A stretch of DNA of 32,000 bases, taken from positions 739,455-771,454 of the forward strand of contig NZ_CP149925.1 in assembly GCF_038087665.1 (NCBI RefSeq), given 5' to 3'. Shown here piece after piece: positions 23,517-32,000 of this stretch. The DNA comes from Gallaecimonas sp. GXIMD4217 (lineage in GTDB: Bacteria; Pseudomonadota; Gammaproteobacteria; Enterobacterales; Gallaecimonadaceae). The first letter of the stretch is position 1. Each line of letters opens with the position of its first letter. The notes beneath the pieces were generated by a model that saw only the letters and a program-made list of their open reading frames with translations, made no database searches and was not told where the DNA came from. Both the position numbers and the translations under genes were made by a program.

Positions 23517-24416
23517 ATGAGCAAGCTATCCAAGCTACTGGCCGTCCTGCTGCTGTTGCAGCTGGGCCTGGCCGCCGCCCTGTGGGGCCATGATCGCAGC
23601 GAACGCCACCAGCAGCAGGCCGGCCCCCTGCTGACCCTGGAGCGCAGCCGCCTGGACAGCCTGACCCTGTCCGGGCCGGACGGCAGCCTGACCCTGGTCC
23701 GCGAGGACGGCCGCTGGCGGCTGCCCGGGCTGGGCCAGCTGCCGGTCAACGAGCGCAAGCTGGAGCGGGCCCTGGATCAGGCCCTGGCCCTGGAGGCCGG
23801 CTGGCCGGTGGCCAGCACCGCCGCCAGCCATGGGCGCTTCAAGGTGGCCGAGGAGGGCTACGAGCGCCGGCTGAGCTTCAAGGCCGGCAACGACGAGCTG
23901 GTGTTGCTGCTGGGCAGCTCGCCGGCCTTTCGCCTCAGCCATGTGCGCCTGGCCGGCAGCGACGCCGTCTACCAGGGCGAGATCAGCGCCTACCAGTGGC
24001 CGCTGGCGGCCGAGGACTGGCTGGACAAGGGCCTGCTGGCCCTGGATCGGCTGACACGGATCCAGGGCGGCGATTTCGCCCTGGAGCACCGGGACGAGCA
24101 GTGGACCCTGGCCGGCGACGGCCAGGGTGACGCCACCGCCATCCAGGCCCTGGTCGGCAAGCTGCGTGGCCTGAGGGTCAGCGGCTGGCAGCCCGAGCTA
24201 CCCGCCGGCGCCGAGTCGGCCGGGGAGCTGACCGTCAACCGCGGCGACCAGCAGTGGCACTACCGCTTCAGCCGGGCCGGCGACAGCCACTTCGTCGAAC
24301 GCGGCGATCACCGGGGCGCCTTCACCCTGGCCAGCGGCGATTTCGACCGTCTGGCCCGGGCCAGCGCCGACAGCCTCAGCGCCAAGGAGGCGCCGGCTCC
24401 CGAGCCGGTGGAATGA
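23517..24416 (+). CDS. DUF4340-like protein that usually accompanies GldG-type ABC systems
   Basis: AGGAGG RBS and N-terminal anchor LLAVLLLLQLGLAAALW. The assignment rests on gene context and length and is tentative. Confidence 0.55.
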   Translation: MSKLSKLLAVLLLLQLGLAAALWGHDRSERHQQQAGPLLTLERSRLDSLTLSGPDGSLTLVREDGRWRLPGLGQLPVNERKLERALDQALALEAGWPVASTAASHGRFKVAEEGYERRLSFKAGNDELVLLLGSSPAFRLSHVRLAGSDAVYQGEISAYQWPLAAEDWLDKGLLALDRLTRIQGGDFALEHRDEQWTLAGDGQGDATAIQALVGKLRGLRVSGWQPELPAGAESAGELTVNRGDQQWHYRFSRAGDSHFVERGDHRGAFTLASGDFDRLARASADSLSAKEAPAPEPVE

Positions 24417-24420
24417 GTCA

Positions 24421-24448
24421 AAAGGCCACCATGAGGTGGCCTTTTTTC
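24421..24448. terminator. Bidirectional terminator (DUF4340 gene / yadH)
   Basis: aaaggccacc (24421-24430) pairs with ggtggccttt (24435-24444), loop atga. An A-run lies to the left and a T-run to the right. Confidence 0.75.
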
Positions 24449-25208
24449 ATTGCTTGAGCCGGTAGCCGGTGCGGAAGATCCACCACAGCAGGACAAGGCA
24501 CAGCACCAGGAACAGCAGCACCATGCCCAGGCTCAGGGCCAGGTTGACGTCCGCCACCCCGTAGAAGCTCCAGCGGAAGGCGCTGATCAGGTACACCACG
24601 GGGTTGAACAGGGTCACCTGCTGCCAGAAGGGCGGCAGCATGGAGATGGAGTAGAAGGTGCCGCCCAGGAAGGTGAGGGGGGTGATCACCAGCAGCGGGA
24701 TGATCTGCAGCTTCTCAAAGCCGTCGGCCCAGAGGCCGATGATGAAGCCGAACAGGCTGAAGGTGAGGGCGGTAAGCAGCAAAAAGGCCAGCATCCAGCC
24801 GGGGTGGGCTATCTCGAAGGGTACGAACAGCCTGGCCGTGGCCAGGATGATAAGACCCAGGATCAGCGACTTGGTGGTGGCCGCTCCCACATAGCCTATC
24901 AGGATCTCCAGCGGCGAGATGGGCGCCGAGAGCACCTCGTAGATGGTGCCGGAGAAGCGCGGCATGTAGATGCCGAAGGCGGCGTTGGAAATGCTCTGAC
25001 TCAGCAGCGACAGCATCACCAGGCCGGGGATGATGAAGGCGCCGTAGCTGATGCCGTCTATGGCTATCATCCGCGAGCCGATGGCGGCGCCGAACACCAC
25101 GAAATAGAGGGTGGTGGACAGCACCGGCGCGGCGATGCTCTGCATCAGGGTGCGGCCGGTACGAGCCATCTCGAAACGGTAGATGGCCTTGATGCCGTGG
25201 ATGTTCAT
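24447..25208 (-). CDS. yadH: ABC-2 type transporter permease YadH
   Basis: 253 aa, colinear with my recollection of E. coli YadH: [55 protein letters not shown]. Confidence 0.88.
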   Translation of the reverse strand: MNIHGIKAIYRFEMARTGRTLMQSIAAPVLSTTLYFVVFGAAIGSRMIAIDGISYGAFIIPGLVMLSLLSQSISNAAFGIYMPRFSGTIYEVLSAPISPLEILIGYVGAATTKSLILGLIILATARLFVPFEIAHPGWMLAFLLLTALTFSLFGFIIGLWADGFEKLQIIPLLVITPLTFLGGTFYSISMLPPFWQQVTLFNPVVYLISAFRWSFYGVADVNLALSLGMVLLFLVLCLVLLWWIFRTGYRLKQ

Positions 25209-25285
25209 GCCACCTCCTGGGCTTGTCTTGTGGCGGTCACAGCCGCCTCGAAACGGTAGCTGGCCTTGCTCTCGTGGCTGTTCAT
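25165..25285 (-). repeat. 77-bp-offset duplication of the yadH 5' end
   Basis: The 44-nt blocks 25165-25208 and 25242-25285 align with about 8 mismatches (minus strand ATGAACATCCACGGCATCAAGGCCATCTACCGTTTCGAGATGGC versus ATGAACAGCCACGAGAGCAAGGCCAGCTACCGTTTCGAGGCGGC). Confidence 0.8.
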
Positions 25286-26211
25286 GCCCTGCTTCCCTTG
25301 ACCAGGCTGACGAAGATCTCCTCCAGGGAGCTCTGGCTGGAGCGCAGATCCTTGAAGTCGATGCCGTGCCTGTCCAGGCGCCTGAGCAGCTCGGCGATGC
25401 CGGTATCCTCGTGCTGGGCGTCGAACTGGTAGGCCAGCTCCAGGCCGTCGTCGGACAGGGCCAGCCGGTAGTCGGCCAGATCGGCCGGCAGCTCGGCCAG
25501 GGGCTGCTGCAGGGTCAGGCGCAGCTCCTTGCGGCCCAGCTTTTCCATCAGCTGGTGCTTGTCTTCCACCAGGATCAACTCGCCCCTGTTGATCACCCCC
25601 ACCCGCTCGGCCATTTCCTCGGCCTCCTCGATGTAGTGGGTGGTGAGGATGATGGTCACCCCGCGCTGTTGCAGGCCCTTGACCATGGCCCACATGTCCT
25701 TGCGCAGCTCCACGTCGACCCCGGCGGTGGGCTCGTCCAGGAACAGGATGTCCGGCTCGTGGGACAGCGCCTTGGCGATCATCACCCGCCGCTTCATGCC
25801 CCCGGACAGGGTCATGATGCGGGCGTCCTTCTTGTCCCAGAGCGACAGATCCCTGAGCAGCCGCTCTATGTAGGCCGGATCCGGCGCCTTGCCGAACAGG
25901 CCGCGGCTGAAATTGACCGTGGCCCACACCGACTCGAAGGCGTCGGTGCTGATCTCCTGGGGCACCAGGCCGATGCGGCGCCGGGCCGCCTTGTAGTCGT
26001 GGATGATGTGCTGGCCGTCCACCCGCACGTCGCCGGCGCTGGGGTTGACGATGCCGCAGATGATGCTGATCAGGGTGGTCTTGCCGGCGCCGTTGGGACC
26101 CAGCAGGGCGAAGAGCTCGCCCTTGTTGATGGTCAGGTTGACGCCCTTTAGGGCCTGGAAGCCGGAGCCGTAGACTTTGTCGAGATTCTCGACCTGGATG
26201 ATGGCGGACAC
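25282..26211 (-). CDS. yadG: ABC transporter ATP-binding protein YadG
   Basis: GTG start at 26211. Walker [38 protein letters not shown]-terminal LEEIFVSLV. Colinear with my recollection of E. coli YadG. Confidence 0.9.
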   Translation of the reverse strand: MSAIIQVENLDKVYGSGFQALKGVNLTINKGELFALLGPNGAGKTTLISIICGIVNPSAGDVRVDGQHIIHDYKAARRRIGLVPQEISTDAFESVWATVNFSRGLFGKAPDPAYIERLLRDLSLWDKKDARIMTLSGGMKRRVMIAKALSHEPDILFLDEPTAGVDVELRKDMWAMVKGLQQRGVTIILTTHYIEEAEEMAERVGVINRGELILVEDKHQLMEKLGRKELRLTLQQPLAELPADLADYRLALSDDGLELAYQFDAQHEDTGIAELLRRLDRHGIDFKDLRSSQSSLEEIFVSLVKGSRA

Positions 26212-26280
26212 GAAACATCCTTGTGTTGAGATCCTTACCCATGTTGTGCCCTATCTGGCGCCGCCTGGCAACAGTCCCGA

Positions 26281-26931
26281 TCAGAGCCGTTGCTGGCGGC
26301 GGTAGCGGCGCTGCAGCTCCGCCCAGCGGCTGAGCCGGGCGCTGTTGCCGACCCTGATACCCCGGCCGCGGCGGTCGGCCAGCCAGTAGCCCCGGCTGTT
26401 GAAGGTGTACACGGGCAGCAGATCCGGCCTCTGGTCGGCGGGGACTATGGCGTCGGTGAGGTTGTCCAGCAGCAGCGGCACGGCATCCGGCTGCTGGTAG
26501 TAGGCCAGCACCATATGGGCGCGGCCGGCGCCGCTGACCTTGACGTAGAGCAGGCGCAGCCGCTCGACGGGAATGCCCAGGGCGCGCAGGGCAAAATACT
26601 TGGCGATGCTGAAATCCTCGCAATCGCCACCGCCGGCCTCCAGGAATTCCAGGGGCGTGGCCCAGTGATCCCAGCGGCTCCAGTTCTGCCAGTCCTCGTA
26701 ATAGGCAAAGCCGTTGATGGCATTGTTGACGGCGGCGAGCAGCTGGCGTTCGTCCAGGTGCCGGTAGCGGCTCAGCAGCTGGTGCCAGTGACGGCCCTGG
26801 CCGGACAGGGCGCCTGCGGTGGCGGGCTCGAGGGGTTCGGCATCGAGCCATTCCAGCACGGGCGGGGCCAGCAGCAGCGTCCAGAGCAGCAGCTGGCCGG
26901 CAAGACAGTGCCCCCTCTCGACAGCAAACAC
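26281..26931 (-). CDS. Bacterial transglutaminase-like cysteine proteinase (BTLCP, LapG family), periplasmic
   Basis: GTG start at 26931 (GGAGG 6 nt upstream) with a signal anchor. Cys-His-Asp triad context: GGGDCEDFSIAKY, RAHMVLAYY, LLLDNLT. Confidence 0.85.
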   Translation of the reverse strand: MFAVERGHCLAGQLLLWTLLLAPPVLEWLDAEPLEPATAGALSGQGRHWHQLLSRYRHLDERQLLAAVNNAINGFAYYEDWQNWSRWDHWATPLEFLEAGGGDCEDFSIAKYFALRALGIPVERLRLLYVKVSGAGRAHMVLAYYQQPDAVPLLLDNLTDAIVPADQRPDLLPVYTFNSRGYWLADRRGRGIRVGNSARLSRWAELQRRYRRQQRL

Positions 26932-27031
26932 GAGGCACCTCCATACGACCCGCGGTCGGATGGTGTCGTCGCCCTCTCCCTGCCAACAAAGTTGGACAAC
27001 GGCAAGGCCCGTTTATTCCGGGGAAAGGGGG

Positions 27032-28510
27032 CTACAGGGCCTCGGCCTGGCTGTGGAGGTGCAGGCGCCGGCGCAGCCACCGGGCCAGGGCGTCGACACC
27101 GATGTTGAGGGTCGCCGCGGCCAGCAGCAGCACCAGGGCGCGGTCGAAACGGAACTCGGCGAAGGCCGAGTCGATGAAGAAGCCCAGGGTGGGGATCCCC
27201 AGCATGCCAAGGATGGCGGTTTCGCGGATGATGGTCTCGAAGCGGTACAGGCTGTAGGCCAGAAAGGAACGGTACAGCCTGGGCAGCACCTCGAAGCAGT
27301 AGCGGTTGAGGCCGGTGGCGGCGTCCTCGCGAAGCTTTAGGGCGTCGGCATGGCGGCCCACCAGGTGGGCGATGATGGCGCCATTGTGCAGCCCCAGGGC
27401 CAGGATGGCCGGCAGCATGCTGGGCCCCCACAGCAGCATGCCGACGAAGGCCAGCAGGTATTCGGGCAGGGAGCGCATCAGCACCAGCAGGAAGTGGCTG
27501 GCACTGCGCCGGGCCGGGCCGCCGAAGTGGCGGCTGATGGTGGGGAACCAGGCCAGGGCCAGCAGGCCGGTGGCCAGCAGCGCCAGCAGCGACAGCACCA
27601 GGGTATTGGCCAGGCCAGGCCAGAGCTGATGCCGCCAGAGTTCGGCCAGCCAGGGCAGCAGCTCGGTGCCGCTGCGCAGCGGTGCCGGCACCAGATCGTG
27701 GCCGATGAAGTTGGCCACCAGGGTCCAGTTGAGTTCGGCCACGGGCGGCAGCCAGCAGAGCGCCGCCAGCAGGTAGAGGGGCACCAGGGCCGGCCTCAGC
27801 CACCATCTCAGGGTGGCGATGATCAGCAGCAGGGCGTAGAAGTAGCTGGCGCCTTCGCCGTAGTGGCCCTGGCGCAGCAGGGACTCCAGGTGGTAGCCCA
27901 GGGTCGGCAGGCCGATGAAGCCCAGCACCGCCGAGCTGCGGATGCCGCACTCCAGGCGGTAGGCGGTGTAGCTGGCCATGTGCCGCAGGCTCTGGGGCAC
28001 AGTGGTGAACAGGGCCAGGGACAGGCCGCCGCCCCCAGGGGGCAGGGCCGCCCTGGGGGCGGGATCGGCCTCCTCGAACAGCTCGCCGTAGATCTTGGCG
28101 AAGGTGCCGGCATAGGGCAGGGCGATGGCCAGTACCCCGGCCGGGGCCGACAGGCCCACCAGCTGGATGAACAGCAGGGCCCAGAACAGCTCGTGGATGG
28201 CCCGCAGCCCGGCCGCCAGGCGCCTTACCCAGCCGCGCCGGTAAGCCAGGGCCAGGGCCAGCCCCAGGGCCACGCCCAGGGCCACCCCCTGCAGGGCGAA
28301 GGCCAGGGTGTTGGCCAGGGCCTGGAACAGCAGGCCGGGGGAGGGCAGGGTCGGGCTGAGCAGGCCCTGGCCCAGCCGGCCCAGCTCCAGCCAGGGATCC
28401 TGGGTGGAAACGTGCAGGTCGGCCCAGGGCAGGCACAGCAGGGCCAGCACCAGGAACAGGACACTGGTATTGACCATGGAGGGGGAGCGGCCGGTGCGGG
28501 ATGCGGGCAT
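27032..28510 (-). CDS. Phosphonate-type ABC transporter permease, duplicated (PhnE-PhnE fusion-like, 492 aa)
   Basis: Two tandem polytopic halves, each with a PhnE-like core (IALPYAGTFAKIYGE / GLHNGAIIAHL ... TAILGMLGIPTLG). Its start overlaps the ATPase stop by 1 nt. An alternative start lies 11 codons in (MVNTSVLF). Confidence 0.78.
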   Translation of the reverse strand: MPASRTGRSPSMVNTSVLFLVLALLCLPWADLHVSTQDPWLELGRLGQGLLSPTLPSPGLLFQALANTLAFALQGVALGVALGLALALAYRRGWVRRLAAGLRAIHELFWALLFIQLVGLSAPAGVLAIALPYAGTFAKIYGELFEEADPAPRAALPPGGGGLSLALFTTVPQSLRHMASYTAYRLECGIRSSAVLGFIGLPTLGYHLESLLRQGHYGEGASYFYALLLIIATLRWWLRPALVPLYLLAALCWLPPVAELNWTLVANFIGHDLVPAPLRSGTELLPWLAELWRHQLWPGLANTLVLSLLALLATGLLALAWFPTISRHFGGPARRSASHFLLVLMRSLPEYLLAFVGMLLWGPSMLPAILALGLHNGAIIAHLVGRHADALKLREDAATGLNRYCFEVLPRLYRSFLAYSLYRFETIIRETAILGMLGIPTLGFFIDSAFAEFRFDRALVLLLAAATLNIGVDALARWLRRRLHLHSQAEAL

Positions 28511-29175
28511 CAGGCGTAGAGGGTCAGCAACTGCTGGGCGCTGAAGTCGCCGCTGGGGCCGTCCAGGGCGATCCGTCCCTGCTTGAGGCCGATGATGCGG
28601 TCACAGTGGCGCAGCGCCAGCTCCACATCGTGCAGGGCCAGCACTACCGTCTGGTGGCGTTGGCAGATGAGGGCCAGCAACCGGTCGGCCTGCTGTTCGT
28701 CCAGGGCCGACACCGGCTCGTCGCCCAGGAACACCGGGCGCTGCTGGTACAGGGCCCGGCCCAGACTGACCCGGCTCTGCTGGCCGCCGGAGAGCCGCTC
28801 CGCCCTGTGCCAGAGCCGGTGGCCCAGGGCCAGTTCGTCGGCCAGGGCGGCGATCTCGGCCCTGGGGCCGGCCAGGGGGCGGATCAGGTTGGCCAGGTTG
28901 AACCAGAAGGGATAGCGGTGCAACCGGCCCATGTAGATGTTGTGGAAGGCCGACAGCATGGGTACCAGGCCGGGTTGCTGGGGGCACCAGGCCACCTGCT
29001 CCGGCCGCTGCTGGCGCAGTTGGCGCAGCAGGGTGGACTTGCCGGTGCCGGACTGGCCCAGCAGGGCCACCTTTTCACCGGCGGCCAGCTCCAGGGTCAG
29101 ATCTTCAAGCACGGCCTGGCCCTGGTAACCCAGCTCGGCCCGGTGCAGGCGAAAGAGGCCGGCCTCCAGGGTCAT
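28510..29175 (-). CDS. ABC transporter ATP-binding protein (PhnC-like, 221 aa)
   Basis: ATG 29175 overlaps the binding-protein stop (ATGA). Walker A GQSGTGKST, signature LSGGQQSRVSLGRAL, Walker B VFLGDEPVSALD. Confidence 0.85.
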   Translation of the reverse strand: MTLEAGLFRLHRAELGYQGQAVLEDLTLELAAGEKVALLGQSGTGKSTLLRQLRQQRPEQVAWCPQQPGLVPMLSAFHNIYMGRLHRYPFWFNLANLIRPLAGPRAEIAALADELALGHRLWHRAERLSGGQQSRVSLGRALYQQRPVFLGDEPVSALDEQQADRLLALICQRHQTVVLALHDVELALRHCDRIIGLKQGRIALDGPSGDFSAQQLLTLYA

Positions 29176-30032
29176 TGCTGGGGATCCATGATGCCGATGG
29201 CCACGGCGGTCTCCTGGATGGGGCTGTAGTCGTGGTTGCTGGCGGGAATGAAGCCGCTGCGGGGGAAGGCGGCCAGCAGTTCGGGCGCTGTCATGGCCAG
29301 CAGTGCCTGCTTGACCCTGGCGGTGAAGCCCGGGCCGAAGCGTGCGTCCACGTCGCCGCGGATGGTCCACTGGTAGTCCGGGTAGCTGGGGGTGGTCCAG
29401 ATCACCCTGACCTTGCTGGGGTCAATCTTGCCGGCGGCCAGCTCGGCGTCCCAGACCGCGTAGTTGACGGCACCGAGCTGGTAGGCGCCGGACTGGACCA
29501 GGGCGATGGTCCGGGAATGGTCACCGGAGAAGCCGACCCGGGAAAAGATCTGCTCCGGGGCCTGGCCGAACTGCTGGCGCAGGTAGAATTCCGGCATCAG
29601 CCGGCCCGAGGTGGAGCCCTTGGAGCCGAAGGTGAAGCTCTTGCCGGCCATGGCCTTGGGGAAGGCGTCGCCGGCCTCGAGACCGGTGTCGGCATGGGCG
29701 ATGAAGTAGCTCTTGAAGGCGGTGTCTTCCACGCCCTGGGCGATGGCTTGGCTGCCGGGCACCAGCTGGCGGGCCTGGACGCCGGTCAGGCCGCCGAACC
29801 AGGCCAGCTGCACCTGGTCGTTGCGAAAGGCGCTGACGGCGGCCGGGTAGCTCTTCACCGGCACGTATTTCACCTCCACGCCCAGCTCCTGGCTGAGGTA
29901 GGAGGCGACCTTGCCGAAGCGCTCGTTGAGCTGGCGCTCGTCCTGGTCGGGGATGGCGGTGAACACAAAGGTCTCGGCCTGGGCGGCGAAGGCGGCCAGG
30001 CAGAAGGTCAGCAGGCTGACGAATTTTTTCAA
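29172..30032 (-). CDS. Phosphate/phosphite/phosphonate-type ABC substrate-binding protein (PhnD family)
   Basis: TTG start at 30032 (GGGAG 6 nt upstream) and signal peptide KKFVSLLTFCLAAFAAQA. PhnD-like blocks: FVFTAIPDQD, YPAAVSAFRNDQVQLAWFGG, FGSKGSTSG. The upstream 100 codons of the track ORF are rejected. Confidence 0.85.
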   Translation of the reverse strand: MKKFVSLLTFCLAAFAAQAETFVFTAIPDQDERQLNERFGKVASYLSQELGVEVKYVPVKSYPAAVSAFRNDQVQLAWFGGLTGVQARQLVPGSQAIAQGVEDTAFKSYFIAHADTGLEAGDAFPKAMAGKSFTFGSKGSTSGRLMPEFYLRQQFGQAPEQIFSRVGFSGDHSRTIALVQSGAYQLGAVNYAVWDAELAAGKIDPSKVRVIWTTPSYPDYQWTIRGDVDARFGPGFTARVKQALLAMTAPELLAAFPRSGFIPASNHDYSPIQETAVAIGIMDPQQ

Positions 30033-30112
30033 GGGAGGCTCCCAGGTAGTGGTTCCGTGGCGGCGCCTAGTATATCCAAAAGTGGCCGCCGGGTCGGGGA
30101 CAAAAGCCGCTT

Positions 30113-32000
30113 TCAGGCGCTTTCGCTCTGCCTGGGTTGGCGCTGCTCCCGCAGGGACATATCCCACAGGTGCACCACATAGCGGTGGCCACTGCCTTGG
30201 GCCAGCTCGAGGCGGCGGATCCTGAGCTGACAGGGGAAGGGCTGGCCATCGGCCCGCCTCAGTCCCCCTTCCCAGCTGCATTGGCCCTGTTTTTCCAGGC
30301 GGGCCTGGAGGGGGGCCAGATCCAGCCGGCACTGCTCGGCCAGGCTGCTGGCATCGCTCTGCATCAGCTGGATATCCCCCATCACCAGGGCCCGGGCAAA
30401 GGCCGGGTTGTGCTGACGCAACAGGCCCTGATCGTCAAAGACGGCGATACCCTCGCGGCCATCGAAGGCACACTGCAGGAGCTGATAGTGCTCCTGCATT
30501 TCCACCTCACCGTCGGCCGGGCGGCTGCAGCCGTAGAGCCGTACCAGCCGGCCCCCTTCGACCTGGGCCGCCAGGGTGCTGTGCAGCCAGAAACGGGCGC
30601 CCTGGTCGTCCTGGCACTGGTAGGTGAGTTGCTGGGGGCCGCTTTCGTGCTTGAGGCGGTGCAGGGCCGCCATGAACTGGCGCCGGGTGGCCGTCGGCAG
30701 GCGGCGCAGCCAGTCCAGCAGGCTGACATGGGCATCGGGGGCGAAATGGAGCAGGGCCCGGTGCTGCTGGGACTGGTAGTAGAGGGGCTGATCGAAGCGG
30801 AAATCGAAGAAGCCTTCGCCGGCCACCTGGTGGAAGAGCTGCAGGCGTTTCTCCAGCTGGCGCAGGGCCTGGTTGCGGCGGTGGCATTCCTCGGCGGCCT
30901 CCTCCAGCTGAACCTGGCCACGGGCCAGCCGCTCTTCACAGAGGGCGATCAGGGCATTGAGATCCTGGGCCAGTTCGTTGGCCTCCTGGCTGCTGCCCTG
31001 CTCCAGGGGACGCCAGCTGCGGCCGCTGAGGTAGCCCTTCAGGGCCTTGCCCATGTCGGTGAGGGGGGCGCCAAGGTGGTGGCGTGACAGGTGCCGGGCC
31101 ACCTTCAGGCCCAGCAGCAGGCTGACGATCAGGACGAAAGCGGTGCTCAGCAGCAGGTTGCGCCTGATCTGCACCAGGCCGTCCAGGTCATAGCTGGATG
31201 ACAGCACCATGTAGTCGGAATTCTGGAAGCGGGTACGGGTGAGGGCGATGGGCTGGTAATGGAACAGCCGATCGCCCTGGTGCTGGCGGACGCTTGCGCC
31301 TTCCTGCAGCCTGGCCAACAGCGACTGGGGCAGGATGAAGTCGTTGCCGGCGAAGCGGAACACCTTGTCGTCCAGGATCAGGTGCAGGCCCAGATCCTGG
31401 AGTATGGCCTCGCCATCGAGCAGCTTTTCGAACAGGTCGCGAAACAGGAAATCGGCCAGATCGGCGCCATAGCGCTGACTGAGGTAGACCTTGAAATCCA
31501 GGTCGATCTCGATGATGTAGTCGGCACCTGGGGGGCTGAAGTAGGCGTATTTCTTGATGATGCCGGTCTGGTCGGAAATGCCGATGCGATCGGTGAACAC
31601 CCGGCCACTGCCGTAGATGCCTTCCAGGTGGTCGGCCAGGGCGTCTGAGACATCGGCCAGGCGGAAGTGCAGATCCGGCGCGAAGTTGGTGTTCACCACC
31701 TGGGTGTCGCGGCGGATCACGTAGACATGGTGGAAGCCGAAGCGTTCGGCCAGCTCGGTCAGGCGTTTGGGGGGGATCTCGTGAAGGGGCTGGGGCTCGG
31801 CGAGCAGGGCGTCGGTGAGGGCCGGCAGATCCCGGGCGAAACGGGCGTTGAGTTCGGCCTCCATGCCGTCCATCAGGGCATCGAAGATGGCGAAGCGCTC
31901 ACTGACCTGGCGCTCCGTCCTGGCCAGCTCGGCCTCCAGCTCCTTGTCCAGGTGGCCGTCCAGCAACTGGTAGCCGGCCAGGGCCTGCAACAGCACCGGC
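30113..32000 (-). CDS. Membrane sensor, 5'-partial: Cache-like periplasmic domain, TM, HAMP-like linker, coiled coil, two PAS domains, no output domain
   Basis: 627 codons are visible and the ORF is open to the window edge. Periplasmic segment: YVIRRDTQVVNTNF ... IKKYAYF ... YIIEIDL. TM helix LLLSTAFVLIVSLLLGL. PAS blocks around EGFFDFRF ... RFWLHS and REGIAVFDDQG ... YVVHLWDMS. The stop comes 16 codons after the second PAS. Confidence 0.8.
   Translation of the reverse strand, partial: PVLLQALAGYQLLDGHLDKELEAELARTERQVSERFAIFDALMDGMEAELNARFARDLPALTDALLAEPQPLHEIPPKRLTELAERFGFHHVYVIRRDTQVVNTNFAPDLHFRLADVSDALADHLEGIYGSGRVFTDRIGISDQTGIIKKYAYFSPPGADYIIEIDLDFKVYLSQRYGADLADFLFRDLFEKLLDGEAILQDLGLHLILDDKVFRFAGNDFILPQSLLARLQEGASVRQHQGDRLFHYQPIALTRTRFQNSDYMVLSSSYDLDGLVQIRRNLLLSTAFVLIVSLLLGLKVARHLSRHHLGAPLTDMGKALKGYLSGRSWRPLEQGSSQEANELAQDLNALIALCEERLARGQVQLEEAAEECHRRNQALRQLEKRLQLFHQVAGEGFFDFRFDQPLYYQSQQHRALLHFAPDAHVSLLDWLRRLPTATRRQFMAALHRLKHESGPQQLTYQCQDDQGARFWLHSTLAAQVEGGRLVRLYGCSRPADGEVEMQEHYQLLQCAFDGREGIAVFDDQGLLRQHNPAFARALVMGDIQLMQSDASSLAEQCRLDLAPLQARLEKQGQCSWEGGLRRADGQPFPCQLRIRRLELAQGSGHRYVVHLWDMSLREQRQPRQSESA

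Noticed and set aside
20735-23758. 1007-aa minus-strand ORF opposite the GldF/GldG fusion gene
   Set aside because: The same reasoning applies: low-complexity Gly/Ala/Gln/Leu/Arg/Pro-rich sequence antisense to a gene with clear membrane and GldG-like features.
25205-28436. Alternate-frame minus-strand ORFs 25205..26989 (594 aa) and 26772..28436 (554 aa)
   Set aside because: Their Arg/Pro/Gly-rich translations overlap out of frame with yadG, the BTLCP gene and the PhnE-like permease, all of which carry real motifs. Only the last 26 codons of the first one are discussed, as the yadH-duplication ORF.
30033-30112. Promoter or Pho box in the 80-nt gap upstream of the PhnD-like gene
   Set aside because: A good -10-like TATACT is present on the minus strand, but there is no acceptable -35 at 16-18 nt and no recognisable Pho-box direct repeat. 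That is not enough to call a regulatory site.

Overview
This is a GC-rich, densely coded chromosomal segment of gammaproteobacterial type; the tmRNA and the RaiA, YadGH and Lpp homologues are all enterobacterial/aeromonad-like. Most long ORFs in the six-frame track are antisense or alternate-frame shadows typical of high-GC DNA. I call about 27 genes.

Reading left to right:
- a secreted penicillin/AHL-acylase family hydrolase (-)
- a PAS-GGDEF-EAL protein with a degenerate GGDVF motif (+)
- raiA (-)
- a RegB/RegA-type redox two-component pair (+)
- a minus-strand run: two tandem alkaline phosphatase paralogues, a secreted hypothetical and a TonB-dependent receptor
- cytochrome b561-family (+) and cytochrome c-prime (-)
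- ssrA (tmRNA, tag ANDENYALAA)
- a visibly lower-GC islet carrying one orphan TerB-like/BRCT gene (-)
- an NRDE-family protein, a UMF1-type MFS transporter and an Lpp-like lipoprotein (+), the last convergent with a LysM-YkuD L,D-transpeptidase (-)
- a GldA/GldF-GldG/DUF4340-type ABC cluster (+)
- a long minus-strand run: a sensor with no output domain, a PhnD/PhnC/double-PhnE-like ABC importer, a LapG-type transglutaminase-like cysteine protease, and yadG-yadH

I recognised no CRISPR array, transposase, integrase or rRNA/tRNA gene.

The most unusual part is 14.5-16.2 kb. Directly 3' of ssrA lie four tandem paralogous multi-hairpin modules whose stems differ by compensatory changes. Three of them end in partial copies of the tmRNA T-loop/acceptor sequence. 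They are followed by the low-GC TerB-like/BRCT gene, and no integrase is present. This could be a decayed stack of ssrA-targeting islets, or an undescribed structured-RNA plus protein module; sequence alone cannot decide.

Secondary oddities:
- an orphan promoter-terminator pair upstream of ssrA (candidate sRNA)
- a 26-codon relay ORF with ATGA overlaps on both sides, created by a 77-bp duplication between yadG and yadH
- a duplicated regA 3' end
- a sensor that stops exactly at a PAS boundary
- a LapG-type protease placed behind a phosphonate-type ABC importer
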